From Flavobacteriaceae bacterium (GTDB lineage: Bacteria; Bacteroidota; Bacteroidia; Flavobacteriales; Flavobacteriaceae): 32,000 bases of DNA. The DNA is taken from the NCBI GenBank assembly GCA_965224465.1, contig OZ245049.1, positions 3,390,001 to 3,422,000 of the forward strand, given 5' to 3'. The position numbers were made by a program, and so were the translations under genes. Below the pieces are notes generated by a model. It did no database searches, was not told where the DNA came from, and saw only the letters and a list, made by a program, of their open reading frames with translations. This document shows, piece after piece, positions 12,001-18,406 of the stretch (positions are counted from its first letter, which is position 1; each line of letters opens with the position of its first letter).

Positions 12001-12616
12001 GGTAAGTAATTCGAATACCTTTACCAATACGACGGGTATTTTTGAAAACGTAACACCAGGTACTTATTTGATAGAAGTGGAGCATAAAAATGGGTGTATT
12101 CCTTCTCAGACTTATGTAGATGTGAAGAGTGTACTTCCAATTGCAGCTACATTAGAAGAAACTTTTGTAAATACAATTACCGCCAAAGTGGAATATGGAT
12201 ACCCTCCTTATGAATACCGCTTAGATGAAGGTGACTTTGGAAATTCGAATCAATTTATTATTACCAAAACAGGTACTTACACAGTGGAAGTTCGAGATTC
12301 GAGAGGTTGTATTACCAGCGCTAAAATTGACATGGAATTTATCACAGTGTTTATTCCTAATTTCTTTACGCCGGATGGTGATGGGAAAAATGATTATTGG
12401 TATCCGCAAAAATTAATGGCATATCCAAATGTTAAAGTATCGATATACGATCGTTATTCTAGGCTGATAGAAGAGTTTAGAGGTCCTCAAATTGGTTGGG
12501 ATGGAAATCTAAAAGGAAAAGCATTGCCTTCTGGTGATTACTGGTATGTAATTGACTTGGACGGATTGCAAGGAGATAAACGAGAAATGATGGGTAATTT
12601 TACTCTTTACCGTTAA
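2..12616 (+). CDS. sprB: Giant cell-surface repeat adhesin, SprB-like. It is 5'-partial: the reading frame is open from the window edge and the gene almost certainly starts upstream.
   Basis: A single 12.6-kb ORF in frame 2 has no stop from nt 2. There is no signal peptide at the apparent N-terminus (MMCSGSLVLTAGSGY reads like the middle of a repeat). Roughly fifty ~75-85-aa Cys-bracketed repeats follow the pattern C.G...G.I.v...GG.gpY.Y......fq.s..F..L..G.Y.v.V.D..GC, which is typical of SprB repeats. The C-terminus FIPNFFTPDGDGKNDYW...GDYWYVI matches the gliding-motility/T9SS type-B CTD. A PorP/SprF-family gene lies immediately downstream, as in the sprB-sprF arrangement of Flavobacterium johnsoniae. 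Confidence 0.85.
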   Translation, partial: KFEREEVMCSGSLVLTAGSGYASYVWRNPLGQIIPGANSQTYTVNSVGIYTVEKTANAPCVDATEIITVVLNNAGFENPLITQEVNGDFRYVDAVKTCPNNGIQLAEIYLCGTESTKDIVLNVLGAEEINWQKLDSNLEGDAFADCPNVGASNTEWTTVGTGNSFSVNDAGEYRLEIVFQGGCFVRYYFNVFKSTVKPDIVSKDMFCGADGSITINNIDTNLYEFSVVPDGQLPGTFSSINTYPISTPGDYTVYYRQIGASPLACVPSIDKIHIFKRDIDVDVFPSVIQCEGAKGSIRVQVNNVSGNYFFVLKDKNGDVVGKIDDSEVNDQNFDGLDAGFYQVIVTTPECSQTINDIEIIELAPLKLTAVVSQNISCKKGKIKMSSTGGKPPYNYAIHSYMLEGDIGWTVVNPLGYQTSQIFDIPLNGAGVYKFIMVDDNLCTTVSNEVQIILEPKVAYTISKTDVKCKGSSTGTITINLPNNLKGNALSYALDDGIVGNGEYDAILADGSYDDAVFSPSNTFLNIPAGDYVLIVRIQKGNAVCYFPQDIQILESENPIAGKLNLQKDLLCGELGELVIMDFVGDTVPGGKTPYTYSIDGVLFVSSSLFSNLTEGTYYGYIKDASGCIFKTNPITLQKLDPPTELSFNNTAITCPSLTTNLTVNVTGGIGNLVYEIIAPAAAVTNNGNNNVFTGLLGGTTYTIKVTDEKNCSFDDDYTPKEITEISVTGTVDNDVKCKGTASGKATFTVTGFNGTYSYSMDAGISVTGQSTPSIVFNALTDGDHILTVTDETTNCADSYTVSISESVLASTMSLKLTPITCNKNATITTTASGGWGGFQYQLETSTGTIITAYNNNPTFINVSQNSYKVFVRDFSGCVITKDVTIASAIVPTVSITADTECYTPTGKITITAVGTGTGPLRYSLDGGNFQNTPIFANVNPGNHSVRIADKNGCEAVSNVLNVSPELSLSVQYLSIRACDNTTNVTVTPTGGDGTYRYAIVATGVIPVTADFSTTNPIVTGIGDFDVYVKDGKECAVFKTINVIKDPVLTVFVNISPILCSGDVATLTATGAGGEGPYTYRLLNAVLSSIRPTQNSPVFNGVSAGNYIVRVTDNRSCTAVSTMVVVTEPEFLSAAAGVIDLVSCSSNATAEVRIANATGGTPFPSPSPYRYSFDGGLTYGTSNAQQLPVGSHTVFVKDINGCRFPMEVEVAAALTPPDFTTGAGMSYNCSGSGIFTVSPIDPTPLFSYTYSIDNGPELIPSPGINYTFTGLTPGNHIVQMNYTSLVTPTKSVLLKESFGSGVNTAIPNIDSKYCYEPQDGTGACPGISINDGEYCVTQRVVAPFGSWLSPNDHTGTPNGRFLVINVGGTAGLNGVIYQQAVTNVIPNKNITIQLSAFNLLRTGTSGGDPSITIELADASGTVLLDASNNPIKVGTGFIPKNTGVDDWIDYTLNLNPGSYTAFNIVIRTKSTVINGNDIAIDDITAFQEPNQCSTTTEIPFTVEVGKAFNVSTSSFTDVICNGGNTGSITVQVNNFDAFGNGYRYKVDAGTWSTAQFSSPLTVSGLDAGSHTVYFEYINIDNTTDCATSITEIINQPTAVVASASITGNKTCTNTGATITASAVGGAGSYQYQLENSTGGVITAYQSSNIFTNVAIGTYNVHVKDTYNCDDVTDTQINILDPATIVFDLVETNCYAGDNNGSIAVTVTAGNGTYEFSRNGTSFYSPSPSTAVTYTFENLVSGTYTIYVRDQYGCSTSKDVTIESSLSASALLVKDIECTLPIEGQVNITANGGAGTNTYEWSNDSGATWNNSNISLGGNFTYATAGTYIFKVTDASGCEVTTNSIVLAPAIQPEFTLSPTDVQCNGATSGAIDVSIDPSKGLAPFLINVYNTTLSQDFGTQTINLPAGIYNVTVTDKKGCSNTNNITINQPNVLSATIVIVPIACVTGSVNSTGSIEVNSITGGTAQYTIDISNTFGYSDSYTTTASENHIFTDLSFGHYTIVITDANDCELIITNQNMSSPPNALDIDVSLATVDCVTGGTAIVTVGATIPGLNYRFGILTQTTVPYATVFQLADVTTPRISTFTGLTPGVMYTFVVQDLTNLCYYFKQLTVPIDSPSNITSTVTSYPVTCTGSDDGTFDFTVKNYAIGATSVDWIVKNVFTNTNYTPAISGILNVNAPAPGIGVAVTGQGLLPPGKYYILFTENNGANTGCTQASIDFEIKESPKSLEIIASLDKNANCLELGTVKALAKFGTPPYTYQIQLSTDVTPTLATWTGVNTNGVFDKTAGTYRVFVKDAFNCIQGSLDVIVGLDPSPAITATSDYTGCPSEGNFKVSINLDTAGIPPYTIQINGGAKQNIPVSFTSATPYVISGLSSGNNTFQVFDANGCSEAVAESVTIAPPLEFNVSISKLLDCLASPNAEITITGLVGSGSYTYEIVGVEAAANSQVAGTPLGLPTTIWTQANIKSEYKIIITDVNTTCSVSKSVFVQDKIQPVVDHSQGTDVTCSGADNGSISITAQDNGITPFTFAITAPLPIAATTSNGLTATFDNLQGSVTGITYTISITGANGCVTNKTITIKEPSPVTIDQIDMIQFGCATGNTPNKASITVATVSGGNGGGVGTYSRIVFENSDGLVVQDGTSNTLNILYNMTTNTYTVDMGATTPGQFTINVYDSKGCMATSTRTILPFDEINNVTVSVLVPVSCVNAGENIQINVDSSNSDPTRFEYSDDNGANYQALNQFTDLAIGIHYFLVRHKDTKCVYPISHQVKEPNIFTAKVTIVSQVNCKGTVTGEVTFELVDASYVGGYNWEIFDAKGTLTTDADDTSVDVGAEITNVPTGIRNIAAGSYYVVLTQANIPTCYNRVYFTITEPILGVSGTRTSNPVTCVGNDGAIAITPKGGWGGYQYYVGSLAPVAAGWVSTSSFTGLNTGTYQVWLRDASGCEVQLPDVDLKIPTAITATLVVANQNCLGANGAVEVTGVAGGDGVGYVYQLFRNGILLGASQSSPVFGNLTAGNYHVDITDSWGCTGTTGADIQLFEVLVPSITIDKGLDCTASPGGSFTTSVTGGSGSFNYVITFPDTSTRTNPTGVFTNLGLAGTYTIVIKDTQTNCSTIEKETLVVPSTVVLLPSSVTDVKCFGGSDGVITVNMNVPTATTNNEPVYTYQIIAGPLLVALQNNPVFADLPKGTYTIRVVSSKGCIATITEDVNEPVALSVAASATTFACTSNNLTNTVLLTAVAANGTADYVYSINGVDFKSSNTFDIVDTGVIQSITVTVKDANGCIATTLAPVVIDPLPTLISVTVTQVIAITCSNPENVLVTVVGGSGNFTYELLPIGTNTKVIVSPTQNFDLPSVGTYTFKVIDNVTGCSIVSIPYIVDSFDVISVEAVATQASQCFGDTNGALEFKVLNYTGNFSWIVTNTAGTVTLTGTGNTASNPIAVPNLIGGSFSVYVKADDPAFCDTFSNVITILSPSDALSLKLNVSHKETCDPGNDGEITAIGDYGWGTYEYQLELGATIVVAYSSGSVFSNLNAGVYTVRVKDINDCSISKDIEIKPALPIAATASANSLLCYGDLTGVVTVVATGGQGPGTYVYSLIDAGGNPSAYQSSPVFSNLVAGTYTVLVTDDLSCEVTTLPVTIVAPPIVVASVRLTTTLSCTVPGVIQVSASGGDGGPYTYSNDGVTFGTVNSFTVSPGVPTTYQYFAKDASGCISNVSNGITVHPITPLKVIIDAVNATISCNGGTTAVISAITSGGIGNYSYELLNANDVVLDGPQNSSIFTGLGAGVYKVRVNSFDCQQVSDPITLKDPKKLQLNERADFTNITCYGEVDGSITVHAVGGTGNLVYSIDQSKYVNSNIFKGLKAGMYTVTVQDENGCYINQDITIVEPILLEFDFGLIQQEKCANDKDGSIEVIITGGTAPYRTKLNADGVFVEGKMLYDNLEGGHVYVVYLEDSSGCVKNLVVKLKTPVDLEFGTIIDYGCDGNTKIVASVALQYKNEVSYIMVSNSNTFTNTTGIFENVTPGTYLIEVEHKNGCIPSQTYVDVKSVLPIAATLEETFVNTITAKVEYGYPPYEYRLDEGDFGNSNQFIITKTGTYTVEVRDSRGCITSAKIDMEFITVFIPNFFTPDGDGKNDYWYPQKLMAYPNVKVSIYDRYSRLIEEFRGPQIGWDGNLKGKALPSGDYWYVIDLDGLQGDKREMMGNFTLYR
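3881..4465 (+). other. Non-repeat module (~195 aa) embedded among the SprB-type repeats; probably a beta-sandwich, lectin/CBM-like fold.
   Basis: The repeat periodicity breaks at KESFGSGVNTAIPN...DGEYCVTQ...SPNDHTGTPNGRFLVINVGG...IQLSAFNLL...WIDYTLNL...NGNDIAIDDITAFQ. The DHTG / lvvN / GNDiaiDDI pattern resembles the sugar-binding jelly-roll inserts seen in other large Bacteroidota surface proteins. The fold assignment is from memory and has not been tested. Confidence 0.45.
12347..12613 (+). other. T9SS type-B (gliding motility-associated, CHU_C-like) C-terminal sorting domain of the giant adhesin.
   Basis: The motif string FIPNFFTPDGDGKNDYWYP...VSIYDRYSRLI...WDG...G..LPSGDYWYVI...GNFTLYR occupies the extreme C-terminus. 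Confidence 0.8.
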
Positions 12617-12632
12617 TTTTAATTAGAAAATT

Positions 12633-13568
12633 ATGATGAAGAAAATAGTGTTCTTTGTGTTAGTATCGGGTTCTCTATTGTGTAGAGCCCAGGAGTTTAG
12701 TATGCCTTTGTTGAGTCAGTATATGGCGGAAAATCCATTTGTTATTTCTCCAACATTTGCTGGAATAGGTCCCTATTTTCAACTCCGCGCAAGTGGATTG
12801 GAACAATGGGTTGGAGTGAAGGACGCTCCAAGTACCCAATCAGTTTCTCTAGATGGACGTTTTGGAGACGTGAATGGTTTTGGGATTCTTTTGTTTAATG
12901 ACAGAAATGGAAATACCCGACAATATGGTGGACATATTACCTATGCACATCACCTCACGTTAAATGAGTATCGAAATCAGTTTGTATCCTTTGGGATGTC
13001 CTACCGGTTTACCCAATTTAAAATAGATGTTTCTGATTTTAATGGGAATGACCCTTCTGTTCTCGGAGATAGATCAACACTTAATTCCAATTTTGATGTT
13101 GGGATGTTGTATCGATTTGAAAAGTTTTACATGAGTTTAAATGTTACTAATATTTTAGATAAAAGTGCCAGAGCCTTTGCGGATGGTGAACCTCTAAAAT
13201 TACGAAGTTATTCCATTTATACAGGTTTCAAATTTGATAGAAATCCATACCATAAATTTGAGGTTTCTTTATTTAGTCGTTACTTTGAAAGTGATGCACG
13301 TTCCAATACAGATCTTAATTTTAAGTATAGAAAGCTATATGGAGATGATTATTTTTGGTTAGGCGCCAGTCTCCGTATGATAAATGATTTGGATTTTCAA
13401 CCTGTTAGTGTAACACCAATGGCAGGGTTTAATCACAAACAATTTTATGTTTCTTATGGATTCGAAATGAATCTAGGAGAAATTATTCAGTACAATGTAG
13501 GGACTCATTTAATTACCCTTGGGGTAGATTTTCTATACAATCCTAGTAGTAAAAAATGTACGCGTTAA
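12633..13568 (+). CDS. sprF: Type IX secretion system membrane protein, PorP/SprF family.
   Basis: 311 aa with a signal peptide (MMKKIVFFVLVSGSLLCRAQE). The N-terminal LLSQYMAENPFVISPTFAG matches the family hallmark (SQY..NP...NPA.AG). The rest has beta-barrel-like alternating composition. It starts 16 nt after the adhesin with a type-B CTD. Confidence 0.85.
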   Translation: MMKKIVFFVLVSGSLLCRAQEFSMPLLSQYMAENPFVISPTFAGIGPYFQLRASGLEQWVGVKDAPSTQSVSLDGRFGDVNGFGILLFNDRNGNTRQYGGHITYAHHLTLNEYRNQFVSFGMSYRFTQFKIDVSDFNGNDPSVLGDRSTLNSNFDVGMLYRFEKFYMSLNVTNILDKSARAFADGEPLKLRSYSIYTGFKFDRNPYHKFEVSLFSRYFESDARSNTDLNFKYRKLYGDDYFWLGASLRMINDLDFQPVSVTPMAGFNHKQFYVSYGFEMNLGEIIQYNVGTHLITLGVDFLYNPSSKKCTR

Positions 13569-13617
13569 TACCTTTGGTATAAGACAATTCCTTAAAAGAG
13601 GCAAACGTTTGTTTATC

Positions 13618-13663
13618 GTTGCTGTTCTTCTTGTTTTGACAAGAAGAACAGCAACTTTTTTTT
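13618..13663 (+). terminator. Rho-independent terminator after sprF.
   Basis: A perfect 16-bp stem (gttgctgttcttcttg / caagaagaacagcaac) with a 6-nt loop is followed by T8. Confidence 0.85.
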
Positions 13664-13708
13664 GTAATTAAAATTTGAAGGGAGTTAGGATGTATCCTCG
13701 TACACGTA

Positions 13709-13744
13709 ATACCAAATACAGTTCCAAGTGACTGTTTAGAAATG
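13709..13744. repeat. Copy 1 of a ~36-nt intergenic repeat (ataccaaatacaNttccaagtgNNNgtttagaaatg); copy 2 is at 22911-22946.
   Basis: By direct comparison the two sites differ at only about 4 positions. Both are intergenic. Confidence 0.6.
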
Positions 13745-13790
13745 GAATCATTTTGGATTGTAATTGGTATATGTCTCTTGTTACGAATCA

Positions 13791-15008
13791 CTATTCATTT
13801 TCCAAATCATCATACTCCTGATATAGGAAGTCGTTGAAAGGGAAACGAGAGATGTGTATCTCTTTTACAGCATTAAAAACTTTGTCTTTGAATTCATCTA
13901 AATTTTCTTTGTTTAGAGCAGAGATAAATAGGCAGTTATTACCTAAGCTATTCATCCAAGTCTGTTCCCATTCCTTTAGGGTGAAATGTGCTTTTGTTTT
14001 CTCGGTTTCTAAATCATCTGAATCGATGGTTTCGTGAGTATAAGCATCTATTTTATTAAATACGACAATGGTTGGTTTATCGGCACTTTTTATTTCGGCT
14101 AAAATAATATTTACAGATTCCATATGGGCTTCAAAAGATTCGTGAGAAATATCTACAATATGTAACAGTAAATCGGCCTCTCTCACTTCATCTAAGGTAG
14201 ATTTAAAAGATTCTACTAGCTGAGTTGGTAGCTTTCTAATAAACCCAACAGTATCGGTCAGTAAGAAAGGGATGTTTTTGATCACTACTTTTCGAACAGT
14301 AGTATCTAGAGTTGCAAACAATTTGTTTTCTGCAAAAACCTGACTTTTACTCACTACATTCATCAAGGTAGATTTTCCTACGTTTGTATAGCCTACAAGT
14401 GCAACACGCACCATTTTTCCGCGGTTTTTGCGTTGTACTGCCATTTGTCTGTCTATGATAAGAAGCTTCTTTCTAAGCAGTGTTATTTTATCGCGAATAA
14501 TACGCCTGTCTGTTTCAATCTCGGTTTCTCCAGGTCCGCGCATTCCTATTCCTCCTTTTTGTTTGTCTAAGTGAGTCCACAATCGTGTTAATCTAGGGAG
14601 CATATATTGACATTGAGCCAATTCTACTTGCGTTCTTGCATAGGAGGTTTGAGCGCGTTGTGCAAAAATATCGAGAATTAAATTGGTCCGGTCTAATATT
14701 TTACAATCCAATATTTTTTCAATATTTCTCAATTGACCAGGGGATAGTTCATCATCAAAAATAGCGGTTTCAATATTGTGTTCGATCATATAGGCCGTTA
14801 CCTCCTCTAGTTTTCCAATTCCTAAAAAAGTTTTTGGATGTGGTTTCTCTAATTTTTGAGTAAAACGTTTTACAACTTTTGCTCCAGCTGTTAAGGTTAA
14901 AAACTCCAGTTCGTCCAAGTACTCTATGGATTGCTTTTCGTTTTGTTGTTGAGTAATTACACCAATTAATACTGCCTTTTCTGAACTAACTATTTTTTGA
15001 TCTATCAT
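13791..15008 (-). CDS. hflX: GTPase HflX.
   Basis: It has an HflX N-terminal domain plus the G motifs GYTNVGKST (G1), DTVGF (G3) and NKID (G4). The ORF-track start at 15023 is a TTG. The ATG at 15008 (MIDQKIV...) is the more likely start. Confidence 0.9.
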   Translation of the reverse strand: MIDQKIVSSEKAVLIGVITQQQNEKQSIEYLDELEFLTLTAGAKVVKRFTQKLEKPHPKTFLGIGKLEEVTAYMIEHNIETAIFDDELSPGQLRNIEKILDCKILDRTNLILDIFAQRAQTSYARTQVELAQCQYMLPRLTRLWTHLDKQKGGIGMRGPGETEIETDRRIIRDKITLLRKKLLIIDRQMAVQRKNRGKMVRVALVGYTNVGKSTLMNVVSKSQVFAENKLFATLDTTVRKVVIKNIPFLLTDTVGFIRKLPTQLVESFKSTLDEVREADLLLHIVDISHESFEAHMESVNIILAEIKSADKPTIVVFNKIDAYTHETIDSDDLETEKTKAHFTLKEWEQTWMNSLGNNCLFISALNKENLDEFKDKVFNAVKEIHISRFPFNDFLYQEYDDLENE

Positions 15009-15085
15009 ATTGCAAAGGTACAAATTGTGCTGATTTATAGGATTAATAAAAGAATTTTATACATTCGCTTTATAAGCTATTAATT

Positions 15086-16057
15086 ATGTCCGTATTATTC
15101 TCTAAGAAAAACAAGAAAAAGCCGCAAACCATTGCGTTTTACAACCTAGAAAACCTATTTGATACCATTGATGATAAAAACACATTTGATGATGATTTTA
15201 CGCCAGAGGGGAAAAAAAATTGGAATTATAAACGTTATCAAAAAAAAATCAAAAAATTAAGCAGTGTTATTTCTCAAATAGGAACTGATAAATCTAAATT
15301 ACCTCCTGTTTTAATTGGAGTGGTTGAGGTAGAAAACAAAGCTGTATTATCGGATTTGGTCAGTCATAAAAATTTAGCAGATTTCCATTATGGATATGCG
15401 CACTATGATTCGCCAGACGAACGAGGAATTGATGTAGCGCTGTTGTATCAAAAAAAACATTTTGAATTGTTAGCCTCTAAAACGTTCCCATTGTTGTTGA
15501 GTACCGATTCCGGGGGGCGTGATTATACAAGAGATGTTTTGTATGTAAAAGGACGATTAAAAGGGGAACTTATGTATATTTTGGTGAACCATTGGCCTTC
15601 AAGAAGAAGTGGTCTAGATACCTCTGAAGAAAAAAGGTTGTTGGCGGCAGAACTTGTGGGGTCTATTGTTGATGGAATTCAGTTAGAGGATCCTGAAGCT
15701 CATATTATAATTATGGGCGATTTTAATGATGATCCAACCAATATAAGTATCAAGCAAACATTGTTGTCTAATTCGAGTCTATACAATCCAATGGAAAGTT
15801 TGCTTGAAAAAGGAAAAGGGACCTTGTCTCATAAAAGAACCTGGCATTTGTTTGATCAGATTATTTTTACGAAAAACTTTTTTGAGAGGAGCAAAACGAC
15901 TTATTCTTTTCGTTATGCAGATGTTTTTAATAAAAAATTCCTAAAAACCTTCCGAGGAAAATATAAAGGAACTCCGTTTAGAACGTATGTTGGAAAATGG
16001 TATAAAGGTGGTTTTAGTGATCATTTTCCAGTCTATATTTATTTGAATAAAGGCTAG
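15086..16057 (+). CDS. Endonuclease/exonuclease/phosphatase (EEP) family protein.
   Basis: EEP catalytic motifs appear in order: IAFYNLENLFD, VVEVEN, NHWPSRR, GDFNDDP, SDHFPVY. I see no obvious signal peptide. Confidence 0.75.
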   Translation: MSVLFSKKNKKKPQTIAFYNLENLFDTIDDKNTFDDDFTPEGKKNWNYKRYQKKIKKLSSVISQIGTDKSKLPPVLIGVVEVENKAVLSDLVSHKNLADFHYGYAHYDSPDERGIDVALLYQKKHFELLASKTFPLLLSTDSGGRDYTRDVLYVKGRLKGELMYILVNHWPSRRSGLDTSEEKRLLAAELVGSIVDGIQLEDPEAHIIIMGDFNDDPTNISIKQTLLSNSSLYNPMESLLEKGKGTLSHKRTWHLFDQIIFTKNFFERSKTTYSFRYADVFNKKFLKTFRGKYKGTPFRTYVGKWYKGGFSDHFPVYIYLNKG

Positions 16058-16095
16058 TGATTGCTAACAAGAAACTATTTACTATAAATAGGTGA

Positions 16096-16130
16096 AAATC
16101 TCTCTGAAATTAATCAGGGAGATTTTTTTT
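16096..16130 (+). terminator. Rho-independent terminator after the EEP gene; it overlaps the last codons of the convergent CNNM gene.
   Basis: A 12-bp stem (aaatctctctga / tcagggagattt, with one G-U pair) has a 6-nt loop, and a T run follows through 16130. Confidence 0.7.
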
Positions 16131-17201
16131 GTCTTCTAGGATAATTCCTAGTTTTTTAGCGCGTTGGTTCCAGCCTTGTCTAGCAAGGTGTTGTAAGTCT
16201 GCATGGCTATCACTTTCGTCCATTATTTCTAGTCCTAAAAGTGTTTCTATAATGTCTTCTTGGCTAACAAGTCCACTGACAGAGCCATACTCGTCTACGA
16301 CAAGGGCTACATGTTCTCTCTTGTGAATCAAGGTGTCAAACAATGCGGGTATCGAGAGGTTTCTTTCTGTGACAAGGATGTCTCTTCTGATGGATTTTAG
16401 AGGTTGGTCTCCCTTTTTGTTGATAATAGCTTGGTATAAATTGTCTTTTAAAAAATAGCCTGTAATATTGTCGGAATTTTCTTTATATATTGGAATTCTA
16501 GAAAATTTTAATGCCAAGTTTTCATCAAAAAACTCTTGGATACTTTTTTCTTCGTTGGCTATTTTCATCACAGAGCGTGGCGTCATAATGCTCTTTACTT
16601 TTACTTCTTTAAAATTGATTAAATTTTTAATAATTCTGCTTTCCGATTCTAAAAATACGCCTTCTTCTGTTGCTATTTCAGCCATGGCACTAAAATCTTC
16701 TCTGCTCAATGCGCTTCCGTGCCCAGATTTCCCTATCAGTTTTGTTGTCAATTGAAGCAGCCATAACATTCCTGTCCATTTTAATATAAACACCATTCCT
16801 GTCAAAGTTTTGGCAGTAAAGCCAGCCAGTTGCTTCCAATAAGTAGCTCCAATGGTTTTAGGGATAATTTCGGATACCACCAAGATAAGCAACGTCATGA
16901 TTGCAGAGACAATCCCTACAATGTTTACGCCTAGGATATTGATGTCGTAATCCAAAGATTCTGCATGTACTCCCACTAATATGGCGCCCACAGTATGTGC
17001 CAACGTATTTAAAGTTAAGATGGCAATGATGGGTTTATCTATGTCGTTTTTTAAATGATCTAATGTTTTTGCATAGCCCAGTCCTTCTTTCTTTTTAATA
17101 TTGATAAAAGTGGGGTTGATACTCAGTAATACGGCTTCCAGTATGGAACATAAAAATGAAATAAAAATAGATGTGGCAGCTATGAGTAATAATGTAGTCA
17201 T
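16110..17201 (-). CDS. CNNM/DUF21 transmembrane domain plus CBS-pair protein (HlyC/CorC-type putative divalent-cation transporter, short form).
   Basis: The N-terminus has 4 hydrophobic helices with the SEIIPK motif. A CBS-pair region follows (IMTPR...; VVDEYGSVSGLVSQEDIIE). Confidence 0.8.
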   Translation of the reverse strand: MTTLLLIAATSIFISFLCSILEAVLLSINPTFINIKKKEGLGYAKTLDHLKNDIDKPIIAILTLNTLAHTVGAILVGVHAESLDYDINILGVNIVGIVSAIMTLLILVVSEIIPKTIGATYWKQLAGFTAKTLTGMVFILKWTGMLWLLQLTTKLIGKSGHGSALSREDFSAMAEIATEEGVFLESESRIIKNLINFKEVKVKSIMTPRSVMKIANEEKSIQEFFDENLALKFSRIPIYKENSDNITGYFLKDNLYQAIINKKGDQPLKSIRRDILVTERNLSIPALFDTLIHKREHVALVVDEYGSVSGLVSQEDIIETLLGLEIMDESDSHADLQHLARQGWNQRAKKLGIILEDKKNLPD

Positions 17202-17233
17202 AAAAATACGTGTATTTTGAACGTGAAAGATAC

Positions 17234-17267
17234 AAAAAAATCGCCTAGAAATAAGTTTCTAAGCGAT
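17234..17267 (-). terminator. Rho-independent terminator (minus strand) after the DUF3078-like gene.
   Basis: On the minus strand the stem atcgcttagaaa / tttctaggcgat (one mismatch) has a 4-nt loop and is followed by T7. Confidence 0.7.
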
Positions 17268-17293
17268 TCGGTAAAATTATTAAGTGCTTTTGT

Positions 17294-18181
17294 TTAGAAG
17301 GCGTAATTAACTCCAATTCCAAAAACCTCTCTAGTTTGAAATCCTTTATATGCATTGTCGTCATACACAGTCTGGAAGGTTAAATTTGCAGATAAATATT
17401 TGTTGATGGTCATCACCAAATTCATGGTGTAGTCCAAGTCTACATTTTTTGCTTCTTTTAAATAATTGGTGTATAAATTCAGGATGTTCTCCATCGATAC
17501 ATTATTCATCAGTTGTAATTTATAATAACCAGAGGCGTTTAATCCTATTTCATAACGGCTACTTTTTCCAGAGTCAACTCCAAAATAGCTATCATCTAGA
17601 ATCCCCATATTGTTTCTGAGTCCTTTGTCAATAAATGTAATTTTAGAAGTTAGAGGAGCGATATTAAATTTAAGATTATCGCTCTTTTTCCATAACATAC
17701 CTGGCCCAAAGGAGAGGTATCCTGGAGATAGTAGATTGGTAAATTCTTTTCTTTCTTCCTTTCCAAAAGCATTTTTTGAATATTTATATCCTTTAGAAAA
17801 CTGAGTTTTGAAATTCACAAAAGCAGAGTAATACCAATATCCAAATGCTTTTTTACCGTATAATGAATTGAATTCGAAACGGTCATCTGTTTTTTTCTCA
17901 AACTGACTATTTGCAGTTTTTGTCATGCCGTACGAGGCAATCAATTTATTATCCCATGTTACGTCTCCTTTTCTATAATTAAAGTCATAATTAATACCAA
18001 GAGTACCAGAAACATTATTTTCTCCTCCTGTTGTCCATTTTGAGAACGAAGATTGATTGAATAAAAAGGATAGATTCCCTCCTTTTGTCCAGCCTTCCTT
18101 TGGCTTTTCTGTTGTTTTATCTTGTGCAAATGAAATGGTGCACATGGCGGTAAGTGCTATTGAAAGCAATACTTTTTTCAT
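17294..18181 (-). CDS. Outer-membrane beta-barrel-like protein, DUF3078-like.
   Basis: It has a signal peptide (MKKVLLSIALTAMCTISFAQD), a WTKGGNLSFLFNQSSFSKWTTGGENN motif reminiscent of DUF3078, alternating aromatic beta-strand composition and a C-terminal F. The family call is from memory. Confidence 0.6.
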   Translation of the reverse strand: MKKVLLSIALTAMCTISFAQDKTTEKPKEGWTKGGNLSFLFNQSSFSKWTTGGENNVSGTLGINYDFNYRKGDVTWDNKLIASYGMTKTANSQFEKKTDDRFEFNSLYGKKAFGYWYYSAFVNFKTQFSKGYKYSKNAFGKEERKEFTNLLSPGYLSFGPGMLWKKSDNLKFNIAPLTSKITFIDKGLRNNMGILDDSYFGVDSGKSSRYEIGLNASGYYKLQLMNNVSMENILNLYTNYLKEAKNVDLDYTMNLVMTINKYLSANLTFQTVYDDNAYKGFQTREVFGIGVNYAF

Positions 18182-18406
18182 AATTAAGTGTGTTTACGGT
18201 TTTTATGTAAATATAGCTATATACTACTATTGTTAGACCTGATTTTTGTGAAAAGTCACTTTTTAAAAGCAGAAAGTTGTGTGTTTTATAAAGGTTTTTA
18301 ACCTTATAACATTACGTATTCTTGACGGAATACGATTTGAAATATAAGGTGTTATTAAAACAAGTCTGAATGTGTGTTTAGGTGGATTGACTTTGGGATA
18401 TAGGTA

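Noticed and set aside
1731-12416. About 13 short ORFs (60-99 aa) in alternative frames or antisense inside the giant adhesin gene, for example 1731-1919, 3249-3530, 3878-4177, 7649-7909 and 12225-12416.
   Set aside because: All lie entirely within a 12.6-kb ORF that has strong repeat and domain signatures. Their translations are low-complexity with no motifs. They are chance ORFs expected in a long gene.
13543-13791. An 82-aa minus-strand ORF in the sprF-hflX spacer.
   Set aside because: It spans the strong sprF terminator hairpin and overlaps the sprF 3' end. The Cys/Ser/Asn-rich translation has no motif. It would also have to start exactly at the hflX stop.
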